From Sandaracinaceae bacterium (GTDB lineage: Bacteria; Myxococcota_A; Polyangia; Polyangiales; Sandaracinaceae), in NCBI GenBank assembly GCA_044220955.1, contig JBGAQA010000013.1, forward strand, positions 36,674 through 100,673: DNA of 64,000 nucleotides. The letters are read 5' to 3'. The position numbers were made by a program, and so were the translations under genes. Under the pieces are notes generated by a model. The model was not told the DNA's origin, searched no databases, and saw only the letters and a program-made list of their open reading frames with translations. Of the stretch, positions 39,990 through 49,399 are shown piece by piece (within the stretch, counting starts at the first letter, position 1; each line of letters opens with the position of its first letter).

Positions 39990-41665
39990 GCGTCGCGGCG
40001 ATCCGCCGCCTCGTCGGCGAGCGCGTGCTCTCGTGGCTCGCTCTCGGAGCGGCGGCGGGCGCGGCGCTCGGAATGGTCGAGCTGGCGATCGCGACGTGCC
40101 TCCTGCTCTTCCTCGAGAGCCTGGGGCTCACACCCTTCGGCGCTGCGCGGCCCGCGTGGGTGCCGGCGCCGATCCCGCTCTCTCGGGCGCTCGCCGGTCT
40201 GCTCGTGATCGCGGCCGTCCGCGCGGTGGCGCACTTCGTCGCGAGCCAGTCGTCCTACGAGGCGCAGTACGGGCTCGACGCTCGCTTGCGGCGGTTCGCG
40301 CTGCACCAGATCCTCGTGCGCGAGGCGCGCCACGTCGAGGCCGCCGAGCTGCACCGCCAGCTCGCGGACACGTTCCCGAGGGCTGCGAGCGCGGCCAACC
40401 AGGCCGCCGCCTTCACGTCGGCCTCCGTGCAGGCGCTGGTGATCGCGGTTCTCCTCTTGATCGCAAGCCCGGTCGAGGCGCTCGTCGGGCTCGCAGGCCT
40501 GGTCCTCGTCGGATCGCTCGTGCTCGGGCTCCAGCGCCGCGTGCGCCAGATCGCCGAGAGCATTCCGCGCGATCAGCGCACGCTCTACCGGGGGATCGAG
40601 CGGGTCGCGCGGAACTTCGTGCTCGTGCGCGTGCTCGGGACGGAGCGACACGAGCGTGGGCGCCTCACCCGTGCCGTCGACGGCTTCGAGGGCGAGGCGC
40701 GTCGGGCGTCGCGCCTGGTCAGCCTCGCGTACGCCGCCACCCCCTTCTTCGGGTCGCTGCTCCTCGTGGCGATCCTCGCGCTCGGGCACGCGGGATTCCA
40801 CACCGACGCGACCCGGCTCGTGTCGTTCGCGTACCTCTACGTCCGCTTCGTGCAGACGCTCGCGGGGGCCGTCCGAACCTTCACCGGCGTCGCCCAGTCC
40901 TGGCCGCAGCTGCGCGAAGCGGCCGCGCTCGCGTCCGGCCTGGACGAAGCAGCGCGCGCCGAGGCTCTCGGTCCGGTCGCGGCCGAGGGGCCGTCGCCGG
41001 AGCAGCGAGCGACACCGACGAGGCCGCCCTCGGTGGCGCTCGACGGGGTCCGTTTCCGACATCCCGGCGCGACGGCGGACGTGATCTCGGGCCTCTCGCT
41101 CGACATCGGGTCCGGGGAGCAGCTCGCCATCCGCGGTCCGAGCGGTGCGGGCAAGAGCACCCTCGTCCTGCTCGTCCTCGGCTTCCTCGAGCCCCGGGCG
41201 GGCACCGTCCGGCTCGACGGCCGTGCGCCGAGCGAGCTCTGGGGCGCCGGGCGCGCCCGCATCGGCTACGTGGGGGCCGAGCCCTACCTCGTCGCCGGCA
41301 CGCTGCGCGACAACCTCGGGTACGGCCGCCGCACACCACCGACCGACGAGGCGATGTGGTCCGTGCTCGCGACCGTGCGCCTGGACGCGATGGTCCGCGC
41401 GCGTCCCGAGCTGCTCGATCTTCCCATCGACGAGAACGGCGGCGGGCTCTCGGCGGGCGAGCAGCAGCGCGTCGCGCTGGCGCGCGCGCTGCTCGGCGAC
41501 CCGCTCTTGCTCGTCCTCGACGAGGTCTCGGCCAACCTCGACGCCGAGCTCGAGCGCGAGATCGTCGAGGTCGTGCGCGGTCTGCGCGGCCGCTGCACGA
41601 CGATCGTCGTCTCGCACCGGCCCGCGATGCTCGCGCACGCCGACCGCGTCGTCACGCTCGTCTGA
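39986..41665 (+). CDS. ABC exporter, fused permease/ATP-binding protein
   Basis: TM domain; GPSGAGKST, LSAGEQQRVALARAL, LVLDE, VSHR. Confidence 0.93.
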   Translation: MSVAAIRRLVGERVLSWLALGAAAGAALGMVELAIATCLLLFLESLGLTPFGAARPAWVPAPIPLSRALAGLLVIAAVRAVAHFVASQSSYEAQYGLDARLRRFALHQILVREARHVEAAELHRQLADTFPRAASAANQAAAFTSASVQALVIAVLLLIASPVEALVGLAGLVLVGSLVLGLQRRVRQIAESIPRDQRTLYRGIERVARNFVLVRVLGTERHERGRLTRAVDGFEGEARRASRLVSLAYAATPFFGSLLLVAILALGHAGFHTDATRLVSFAYLYVRFVQTLAGAVRTFTGVAQSWPQLREAAALASGLDEAARAEALGPVAAEGPSPEQRATPTRPPSVALDGVRFRHPGATADVISGLSLDIGSGEQLAIRGPSGAGKSTLVLLVLGFLEPRAGTVRLDGRAPSELWGAGRARIGYVGAEPYLVAGTLRDNLGYGRRTPPTDEAMWSVLATVRLDAMVRARPELLDLPIDENGGGLSAGEQQRVALARALLGDPLLLVLDEVSANLDAELEREIVEVVRGLRGRCTTIVVSHRPAMLAHADRVVTLV

Positions 41666-41674
41666 GGGGCCCGC

Positions 41675-42121
41675 TCAGGGCGCGGGCGGACCGGCGTCGG
41701 CGCCCGTGTCGAGCGCCTCCGTCGGGGCGGCCTCGACCGGCGCGATCGTGGGCCCGAACGTGCGGCGCACGTAGCCGAGCACCTGCGTGATCTCGTCCTC
41801 GGTGAGGATCTCGCGATGGGCGGGCATGACGCCGATCGCGCCATGGCGGCCGTCGCGGATGGACGTCACGAGCTCGGCGTCGGGGCGGGTGAGCGGGCCC
41901 GTCTCGGACGTGAAGTCGGCGCCGGTGACGGCGCCAGCGCCTCGACCGTCGTTGCCGTGGCACGGAAGACAGCGTGCGCGGTAGATGCGCTCCGCCGGAT
42001 CGTCGGTGGGCAGCGCCCGCTCGACGTCTACGCGCGCGATCGGCCAGTCGGCCGGATCGTGCTCGGGCACGCGCGCGCACGCGGAGCACGCGATGAGCGC
42101 GAGCACGCCGAGGCGCCTCAT
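41675..42121 (-). CDS. Monoheme cytochrome c lipoprotein
   Basis: Lipobox; CLPCHG heme motif; GVMPAH distal Met. Confidence 0.9.
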   Translation of the reverse strand: MRRLGVLALIACSACARVPEHDPADWPIARVDVERALPTDDPAERIYRARCLPCHGNDGRGAGAVTGADFTSETGPLTRPDAELVTSIRDGRHGAIGVMPAHREILTEDEITQVLGYVRRTFGPTIAPVEAAPTEALDTGADAGPPAP

Positions 42122-43656
42122 CCGACCGCCTGCGCCACGTGCTCGGCCGCCCACGACGCGAGGCCGTAGATGGAGATCTGCGGGTTCACCGTGCACGAGG
42201 TCGGGAACACGGAGCCGTCGACGACGAAGACGTCGTCCAGCGCGTGGTGCCGCATCGTGCGCGAGTCGACCACGCTCGTGCGCTCGTCGGTGCCCATCGC
42301 GCAGCCGCCCATGCAGTGCGCGACGAAGACGGGGACGTCGCAGGGCTCGAAAGAGGCGGCGTCGACCTCGCGCTCGATCTCGTCTTCGGTCGTCGCGTAC
42401 ACGCCCTGCGGGCTCGAGACCTGGCGCGCGCCGGCCGCCAGCTGGACGCGCATGCAAGCCTTGGTCGCCGCGCGCAGGGCGTCCATCAAGCGTGGGGTCC
42501 ACTTGTACGTGATCACGGGACGGCCCCCCTCGCCCAGCGTGATCGTGGCTCCCTCGTCCGCGTCGGCGAGGTCGAAGCCGTCGTGGGTGAGCGCGCCCGT
42601 GAGAGAGCTGTAGGGCATCAGCTCGGCCTGGGCTTGGCGCTCGGCGCCGAGGCTGCGCCCGAAGCTGCCCGCCGACATCGGGAAGATCGGTGCCCCCTCG
42701 ATCAGGAATCCCATGTCGGCACCGCGATCGACGAACTGGTCCGAGTACACGTACTGCGGCGATCCGACGAAGGGCTCGACGCGCTCCGCGTGGACGCCGA
42801 CGCCACCGACGGCGGGATGGAAGAACGTGCGCCTGCCCGTCCGGCCGCTCGGGTCGATCCCCGAGCGCAGCAGGATCGCGGGCGTGTTGATCGCGCCGCC
42901 CGAGAGCACGGTGGCCCGTGCGCGGACGGTGATCGTGTGTGGCGTCGGTCGGTCACGCGCGTCGCGCACGCGGGCGATCACGCCGGTGCACCGGCGCCCG
43001 TCGACCTCGATCCGCTCGACCCACGCGTTCGCGTAGATCTCGGCGCCGGCCTGCACCGCCTCCGGGAGGAACGTGACGAGCATGCTCTGCTTGGCGTCGA
43101 TGACGCAGCCGACGCCGCAGTAGCCGGTGTGGGCGCAGTTCTTCACGTTCCGAAAGAGCAGATCCTTGTGCCAGCCGAGCGCCTCGAGGCCGCGCCAGGT
43201 GATCCGGTTGTTGCGGTTCACCTGGTCGAGGCGCATCTGCACGACGTTCAGGCGCTGCTCGATCCGCTCCCAGTGCGGCACGAGCGCCGCGTGGGAGATG
43301 CCGTCGACGCCGTGGTGCTCCGCCCAGTGCTGGTAGACGCGCTCGGGCGTGCGGAAGCACGTCGTCCAGTTGATCACGGTGGTGCCGCCGACGGCGCGGC
43401 CCTGCAGGATCGCCATGCTCTGGTCGACCGTCGCCCGGCCGCCTCGCTCCTGGTAGAGGCGGCCGATCATGTTCCGCTCGGTGAGGTCGAACGTGTCGCT
43501 GGTGTGGAAGCCGCCGTCTTCCAGCACGACGACGCTCTTGCCGGCCGTCGCGAGCCGCTGAGCGACGACCGCACCCCCGGCGCCCGAGCCGACGACGCAC
43601 ACGTCGCACTCGAGCGTGAGGTCCCCATCGACGTGCGCGCCGGTGTGGATGCTCAT
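42118..43656 (-). CDS. GMC family flavoprotein oxidoreductase
   Basis: VVGSGAGG, GRAVGGTTVINW, CAHTGYCGVGC, HCMGGCAMG, VDGSVFPT. Confidence 0.95.
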   Translation of the reverse strand: MSIHTGAHVDGDLTLECDVCVVGSGAGGAVVAQRLATAGKSVVVLEDGGFHTSDTFDLTERNMIGRLYQERGGRATVDQSMAILQGRAVGGTTVINWTTCFRTPERVYQHWAEHHGVDGISHAALVPHWERIEQRLNVVQMRLDQVNRNNRITWRGLEALGWHKDLLFRNVKNCAHTGYCGVGCVIDAKQSMLVTFLPEAVQAGAEIYANAWVERIEVDGRRCTGVIARVRDARDRPTPHTITVRARATVLSGGAINTPAILLRSGIDPSGRTGRRTFFHPAVGGVGVHAERVEPFVGSPQYVYSDQFVDRGADMGFLIEGAPIFPMSAGSFGRSLGAERQAQAELMPYSSLTGALTHDGFDLADADEGATITLGEGGRPVITYKWTPRLMDALRAATKACMRVQLAAGARQVSSPQGVYATTEDEIEREVDAASFEPCDVPVFVAHCMGGCAMGTDERTSVVDSRTMRHHALDDVFVVDGSVFPTSCTVNPQISIYGLASWAAEHVAQAVG

Positions 43657-44294
43657 GCCCCGCCCTCTTCGTAGGGGCCGTCGCCGCTCGCGCTCATCTC
43701 GCGCAGGGCGACCAGGTTGTCTGCGTACATGCTGCGGAGCGCGTGCCGGTCGGGCGGGCCGGGGTAGCCGATGCCGGGCCACGTCCGCGGATCACCGTAG
43801 TAGAGCGACGTGCAGAGCGCGGAGAGGGCGCGGAACACGGTCCGCCGGACGGCCACGCGCGAGTCGCGCCACGCGTAGAGCACGGCGTCCTGGTCCTCGG
43901 GCGCGAGCTGCGTGAAGGGCCGCGCATGCTCGAAGAAGAGCGCGCCGGCGAGGCCGCTCTCGAAGAGCGCGAGCGCCGACTTGAGCCCGCTGCCCACCTC
44001 GGGATCGGAGCGGTCGAGGAGGCGATCGGCGGCCAGCGCCACGCCGATCGTGTCGGCGCCGGGCACGTCGGGCCCGGGCTGGGGGCAGACGCGGGCGGCG
44101 AACGCGGCGAGGATCGCGTGCTCGTCCTCGCTCAGGACGCGCAGGGGCTCGGCGGGCGCCCCGCCGCGCTTGGTCGGCCACATGGCGAGGCCGACGCCGC
44201 CGAGCGCGAGCAACGCGCCGCTCACGAGCGAGCCTCTCAAGAGGCGGCGCCGCGAGAAGGCGGAGACGGCGTCCTTCGGGCTCGGACCGGTCAC
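43653..44294 (-). CDS. Gluconate 2-dehydrogenase subunit 3-like Tat-exported partner
   Basis: SRRRLL Tat motif; FTQLAPEDQD.VL..W, YYGDP..W..IGYPGP; start uncertain. Confidence 0.8.
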   Translation of the reverse strand: MTGPSPKDAVSAFSRRRLLRGSLVSGALLALGGVGLAMWPTKRGGAPAEPLRVLSEDEHAILAAFAARVCPQPGPDVPGADTIGVALAADRLLDRSDPEVGSGLKSALALFESGLAGALFFEHARPFTQLAPEDQDAVLYAWRDSRVAVRRTVFRALSALCTSLYYGDPRTWPGIGYPGPPDRHALRSMYADNLVALREMSASGDGPYEEGGA

Positions 44295-44351
44295 GGCAGC
44301 GAGTCTCCCGCGCACGGCCGCGCGTGGTCAACCCGGCGCGGCCGTCGCCAT

Positions 44352-45314
44352 TTAGGGGCTCGCGAGATCCGTGTGCAGCACGTACACCGAGGGACGGGCG
44401 AGCGAGCTCAGGTAGACGTCGTGTGGACCGAATGCCGTGTCGCCGAACACCCCGTTGGCCGGGAGCGTCAGCTCGCGGTTGCCGAGGAGCGAGCGCGGTG
44501 CGGCCGTGGGCGCCGCGGGATCGACGACCAGCACGCCGGCCCCGCTCGTGACCAGCACGAGCGATCCGGTCGAGGTCGTCACCAGACCGTCCACGTTCAT
44601 GACGCCCTCGTGCGCGGGCGAGGGCGTGCCGTAAGCGCCCGTGGTCCGGTCGAACGAGAGGGCGTGCACCGTCGTCGTGTCCCACGAGGCGACGTAGAGC
44701 GTGCTGCCGTCCGGCGAGAACGCGAGGCCGTTCGCATACGAGATCGACGCGACGAGCGCGACGTGGCTGCCGTCCGCGTCGGCGCGGAAGAGGGAGTCCG
44801 CGCCGCTGTCGGAGAACACGATCGAGCCGTCGGGCGCCTCGGCCACGAAGTTCGTCAGGACGAAGTCCACGCCGCCGGGCCCGGTCGTGACGAGCGGCGA
44901 GACGATCCCGTCCTGCGTGACCGAGAAGATCGCCGCAGCGCCGCCCATCGCCGCGGGCTGCTTGGCGCACACGAGCAGCGTTCCGTCGGCGCGGACCGCG
45001 AGGCCGACGGGCGAGTCGATCGAGACGAAGTCGCCGACCACGCCGTCGGGCGCGACACGGACGACGCGGTCGTCGCTCGTGCCGACGTAGAGCACCGGCG
45101 CGCCGTCGAGCGTGCGCCCGATCGCGATGCCCTCGCTGGTGCTTCCGAGATCGGCGAACACCTCGAGCGCCCGCGGCCCCGCGTCGCGGCTGCTCGCGGC
45201 GTCGGCCCCGCCGGCGGCGTCGACGCCTACGCCTGCGTCGACCGGCGGTGTCGAGGGTGCCCCGCACGCGACGAGCGAGGCGACGAGCGAGAGCGGGAGG
45301 GAAGTCCGTGCCAT
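44352..45314 (-). CDS. SMP-30/gluconolactonase-like beta-propeller lipoprotein
   Basis: LVAC lipobox; SEGIA, FSDSG, NGLAFSPDG, DGL, NGVFG. Confidence 0.8.
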   Translation of the reverse strand: MARTSLPLSLVASLVACGAPSTPPVDAGVGVDAAGGADAASSRDAGPRALEVFADLGSTSEGIAIGRTLDGAPVLYVGTSDDRVVRVAPDGVVGDFVSIDSPVGLAVRADGTLLVCAKQPAAMGGAAAIFSVTQDGIVSPLVTTGPGGVDFVLTNFVAEAPDGSIVFSDSGADSLFRADADGSHVALVASISYANGLAFSPDGSTLYVASWDTTTVHALSFDRTTGAYGTPSPAHEGVMNVDGLVTTSTGSLVLVTSGAGVLVVDPAAPTAAPRSLLGNRELTLPANGVFGDTAFGPHDVYLSSLARPSVYVLHTDLASP

Positions 45315-45360
45315 GCGAGTCACCCTAGCAGGGCGGTCGCTCGACCGGTGGACCGGTGGA

Positions 45361-46506
45361 TCAGAGCCCGAGGGGCACGAGCGCCGGGAACGGGTTGTCC
45401 GTCGCGTCTCCGAGCCCGAGCTGTCCGTATTCACCGCTGCCCCAGCACCAGAGCGTACCGTCGGTCCGCTGGGCGCAGGAGTGATCGGCGCCGACGGCGA
45501 GCGAGAGCCAGTCGTCGTCCGCGCCGACGCGCGTCGGCGTCGCGTGAGGGGAAGGGCCCTGGTCCAGCCCGAGCTGACCGCTCGCGTCGTCGCCCCAGCA
45601 CCAGAGCGAGCGGTCCGTTCGCAGCGCACACGTGTGCGAGAAGCCTGCGGCGACGAACGCCCATCCGACGTCGGAGCCGACCCGGACGGGCACGTGGCGG
45701 TCCACCGTGTCGCCGAGCCCGAGCTGGCCGACGTCGTTCGCTCCCCAGCAGTACAGCGCACCATCGGTGTCGATGGCGCACGCGTGGCGCGTGCCCGTAC
45801 CGACGGCGACCCACGAGCGCTCCGCGCCCACCCGCTGGGGCGTGCGCTGATCGACGACGCTGTCGATCCCGATCTGACCGTTGGAGTCGTCGCCCCAGCA
45901 CCAGAGGCTGTGGTCCTGGTGCAGGCCACAGACGAAGCGTGCGCGCGCCACGATGTGCGTCCACGTGGTGTCGGTTCCGACCTGCCGCGGCGCGTGCTCC
46001 TCTGCCGTGCTCTCTCCGAGACCGAGCTGTCCCGCGGGGTTCGCGCCCCAGCACCAGAGCGTGCCGTTCGCTCGCAGCGCGCACGTGTGCAGGCCCCCCA
46101 GCGTCACCTGCACGAAGTCATCGTCCACGCCGACGCGCGTGGGCATCGTCTGGTCGATCGTGTTGCCCAGCCCGAGCTGTCCGTGGACGTTGGTGCCCCA
46201 GCACCACATCGAGCCGTCCTCGGCGATGGCGCACGTGTGGCGCGAGCCGCCCGCGACGTCGAGCCAGGGCAGGTCCAGCGGCTCGTCGGTGGGCTCGACG
46301 AGCTCGGCGAGCAGACGGTTCTGCACGTCGCAGATCCCGAGCTGGCCCTCCGAGTTCTCGCCCCAGGCCAGGAGGGTGCCGTTCGCGGTGATGGCGAGCG
46401 AGTGGCCCCAGCCCAGCGCGAGCCCTCGCAGCGGCGGGAACGTGCGCTCCTGCCGGCACGAGACGAGCACGAGCAGAGCGAGCGCCACCACGAGTCGATG
46501 TCGCAC
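45361..46506 (-). CDS. RCC1-repeat lipoprotein
   Basis: Repeated HTCA...G.LWCWG.N..GQLG; LVSC lipobox. Confidence 0.92.
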   Translation of the reverse strand: MRHRLVVALALLVLVSCRQERTFPPLRGLALGWGHSLAITANGTLLAWGENSEGQLGICDVQNRLLAELVEPTDEPLDLPWLDVAGGSRHTCAIAEDGSMWCWGTNVHGQLGLGNTIDQTMPTRVGVDDDFVQVTLGGLHTCALRANGTLWCWGANPAGQLGLGESTAEEHAPRQVGTDTTWTHIVARARFVCGLHQDHSLWCWGDDSNGQIGIDSVVDQRTPQRVGAERSWVAVGTGTRHACAIDTDGALYCWGANDVGQLGLGDTVDRHVPVRVGSDVGWAFVAAGFSHTCALRTDRSLWCWGDDASGQLGLDQGPSPHATPTRVGADDDWLSLAVGADHSCAQRTDGTLWCWGSGEYGQLGLGDATDNPFPALVPLGL

Positions 46507-46600
46507 GTACGATCTCCTGGCGAACCCTGGGCGCTCGCCTCGGGCGGCGAGTTGATCGCCGTCAACGCGCTCGGACCTCGATTGGCCAGGCTCCGCCCAG

Positions 46601-48685
46601 ATGAACGCTGGAGCGAGGGCCACGGTGGCCACCACCGTCGCGTGGCTGCTGCTGCTCGCGGCGTGCGCGCAGGAGGCGCCGCATGCGAGCGGCGCGGCGC
46701 TCTCGACTCCCGTCGCGGACGAGATCCGCGCGATCTTCCCCCGGACGCGAGGGTGGTTTCGCATCGTCAGCGGGCTCGGCTGGGTCCAGGACGGCAGCGA
46801 CGGACTGACGCCCGACTACGCCACGCTCACGCACCCGCGCGTTCGCCGCGCCGATGGCGCCGGGCGCCGTCTCGCGCCTCGTCTCGCCAGCCACTTCGCC
46901 GGCGTGCTGCGGCTCGCCGCGGAGAGCGCCGCCGCCGCCGCCGAGGACGCGCGCGTCGAGGTCGCCCTCACGCCCGTCGGAGCGCAGGACGTCGCCGCGA
47001 TTCTCGAGGACGGCCTCGTCGTGTACCGGGGCGCGTACCAGGACACCGACGTCCTCTACAAGGCGACGCCGACCCACCTCGACGAGTACCTGCTGCTCCG
47101 CACCCGCGAGGCGCCGACGCGCTGGCGCTACCGCGTGGCGAGCGCGTCCGAGGACGTCACGCTGCGGCAGGCCGGCAACTCGATCGAGGTCGTCGATCGG
47201 CAGGGCGCGAGCTGGCTCCGTGCCTCGCCTCCGGTCGCCGTCGATCGCAGCGGCGCCCGTGTGGAGGGCACGATCGTCCTCCAAGGGGACGAGATCGTGA
47301 TCGAGCTCGACCTGCGCGCGCTCCAGCCTCCGATCCTCGTCGACCCGGACTGGATGTCGACCGGCGACATGGCGTACGGGCGCTTCTACCACCAGCTGAC
47401 GCCCCTCGCGGACGGGCGCTTCCTCGCGACGGGCGGCTGCTCGGCCGCGGTCTGCAGCGGCGATCTCTCGATCAGCTGCCGCACCGTCGTGCGCACCGCG
47501 GAGCGGCTCGATCTCGGGACCCGGACGTTCTCCCGCGGCGGTGACGACACCGACCCTCGCTTCTTCCACGTCGCCGCGCGGCTCGAGGACGGCACGGTCC
47601 TGGTCGCCGGTGGGTGCGCCGCCAGCGACTGCTCGACGACCCTCTCGAGCGCGTCTCTCTTCCACCCGACCGACCTCACCTTCGAGGCGGTCGGGAGCCT
47701 CGCGGAGGCCCGGGCTGGCATGGTCGTCGCGCCGCTGCCGGGCGGGCGGATCCTGATCGCGGGCGGGTGCACGAGCGGTTCGTGCACGACGCGGACCGAG
47801 GCCTACGACCCCGGAGCGCGGGCGTTCACCACGATCGCGCCGCTCCACGTGGCGCGCGGCCGAGCGACGGCGTCGGTGCTGCCCGATGGCCGCGTCCTCG
47901 TCGCCGGTGGGTGCAGCGACATCGCGTGCGCGAACGTCGTGGCTGCGGCGGAGCTCTACGACCCCGCGCTCGATCGGTGGATCAGCCTTCCTTCGCTCGG
48001 CGCCCCGCGCGCGGGTCACTACGCCGCCGCGCTGCTCGACGGCCGAGTGCTCGTCGGCGGCGGATGCAGCACGCAGACGTGCGCGCCCGTCCTGCGAAGC
48101 GCCGAGGTCTTCGACCCGGCGCGCATGGTGTTCGATGCCGTGAGTGACATGGGCGCGGCGCGCTTCGGCGCGGTCGCTCTGCTCCTGCCCGACGGGAACG
48201 TCATGATCTCCCAGGGCTGCGAGGGTCGCGGCGTCTGCGATCTGACCAACGAGCTGTGGGAGCCTGGCGTCGGCGCGTTCCGCCCGATGGAGAGCGCGGT
48301 GACGAGCCGCGCCTTCCACGCGACGGTGCTCTCGTACGACGCGGCGATCGTCGTGGCGAACGGCGGCTGTCAGCCCGAGACCTGCTCGTGGTGGAACGAG
48401 ACCTACGACGTGAGCGGCCTCGTTCGGCCCGACGCCGCCGTCTCGCCCGACGACGCAGGCCCGCGCGACGCCGCGGTCGTGGTGGTGGTCGACGCCGGAC
48501 AGGACGCCAGCCAGCGCCGCGACGCGGGGCCGCGACCGGCGCGCTACACGGAGGGATGCGCCTGTCGCCTCGCGCCTCGCGCCTCCGGCACGCACGGAGC
48601 GACGGCGGTCTCGCTCGTCCTGGTGACGCTCGTCGGCGTGCGGAGGCGGCGGCGCACGGGCCGAGCGAGCGGGGCCGCTCCGTGA
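46601..48685 (+). CDS. Kelch-repeat surface lipoprotein with MYXO-CTERM-like tail
   Basis: LAAC lipobox; L.DGRVLVAGG / AE.YDP repeats; GCAC...hydrophobic...RRRRR C-terminus. Confidence 0.88.
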   Translation: MNAGARATVATTVAWLLLLAACAQEAPHASGAALSTPVADEIRAIFPRTRGWFRIVSGLGWVQDGSDGLTPDYATLTHPRVRRADGAGRRLAPRLASHFAGVLRLAAESAAAAAEDARVEVALTPVGAQDVAAILEDGLVVYRGAYQDTDVLYKATPTHLDEYLLLRTREAPTRWRYRVASASEDVTLRQAGNSIEVVDRQGASWLRASPPVAVDRSGARVEGTIVLQGDEIVIELDLRALQPPILVDPDWMSTGDMAYGRFYHQLTPLADGRFLATGGCSAAVCSGDLSISCRTVVRTAERLDLGTRTFSRGGDDTDPRFFHVAARLEDGTVLVAGGCAASDCSTTLSSASLFHPTDLTFEAVGSLAEARAGMVVAPLPGGRILIAGGCTSGSCTTRTEAYDPGARAFTTIAPLHVARGRATASVLPDGRVLVAGGCSDIACANVVAAAELYDPALDRWISLPSLGAPRAGHYAAALLDGRVLVGGGCSTQTCAPVLRSAEVFDPARMVFDAVSDMGAARFGAVALLLPDGNVMISQGCEGRGVCDLTNELWEPGVGAFRPMESAVTSRAFHATVLSYDAAIVVANGGCQPETCSWWNETYDVSGLVRPDAAVSPDDAGPRDAAVVVVVDAGQDASQRRDAGPRPARYTEGCACRLAPRASGTHGATAVSLVLVTLVGVRRRRRTGRASGAAP

Positions 48686-49359
48686 CGAGGAGGGGCGCGC
48701 TCGTCGCCCTGGTGCTCGCAGCCCTGGTGTGTGCAGGGTGCCGAGGCGGCGCGGCCGTCGACGCGGGCAGCGACGCGGGGCGGAGGCGCCGGCGTTGCGA
48801 CGCGGCGACGGCGGACGCAGGCGCCGACGGCGCGGCGACGATCGACGCAGCGATGGACGCCACCGCGCCGATGGACGCCTCGCTCGATGCGCCGACACTC
48901 GACGCGCCGGCGGACGGCGTCACACCGACGGACGCCTCCGACGCGTGGGTCGACCCGGACGCTCCGGCCGACGTCGGGAGCGACTCCCCCGACACCAGCG
49001 AGGACACCGGCGAGGTCGCGATCAACGGCTGCACACGCGCGGGCGCGCTCGACCTACGTGGGATGGCGAGCGCCACCGTCACGTTCGGCGGCACGACCGG
49101 GATCGCGTACGCGCCGCCTTGCATCGTCGTCGACGTCGGGACGGTGGTGACCTTCGAGGGCCGCTTCGACAGCCACCCCCTGCAGGGAGGTGTCGCCGAG
49201 GGCGGCACCGTCGATCCCGCCACGAGCGGTCCCTTCGCCGTCCTGACCAGCACCGGGACGAGTCACTCGTTCACGATGGACGCGGCCGGCACTTACCCGT
49301 ATTTCTGCACCGTGCACGCCTGGTTCGGCGGCATGAGAGGTGTAGTGTTCGTGGAGTGA
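48682..49359 (+). CDS. Plastocyanin/cupredoxin-domain lipoprotein
   Basis: HPL...YPYFCTVH...GMRG type 1 copper ligands; DA-rich linker. Confidence 0.88.
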   Translation: MTRRGALVALVLAALVCAGCRGGAAVDAGSDAGRRRRRCDAATADAGADGAATIDAAMDATAPMDASLDAPTLDAPADGVTPTDASDAWVDPDAPADVGSDSPDTSEDTGEVAINGCTRAGALDLRGMASATVTFGGTTGIAYAPPCIVVDVGTVVTFEGRFDSHPLQGGVAEGGTVDPATSGPFAVLTSTGTSHSFTMDAAGTYPYFCTVHAWFGGMRGVVFVE

Positions 49360-49399
49360 GGCTCGCAGATCGGATGTCGCCGAGCGTGCGGGAGCGTGC

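Noticed and set aside
32485..41665. Calling the cassette a canonical lasso peptide cluster
   Set aside because: No asparagine-synthetase-like cyclase in the window, and Thr(-2) would give a Gln1 core.
45361..46450. Recurring CCCCAGCACCA / CCGAGCTG motifs at about 150-bp spacing
   Set aside because: Coding RCC1 repeats (WCWG, GQLG), not a DNA array.
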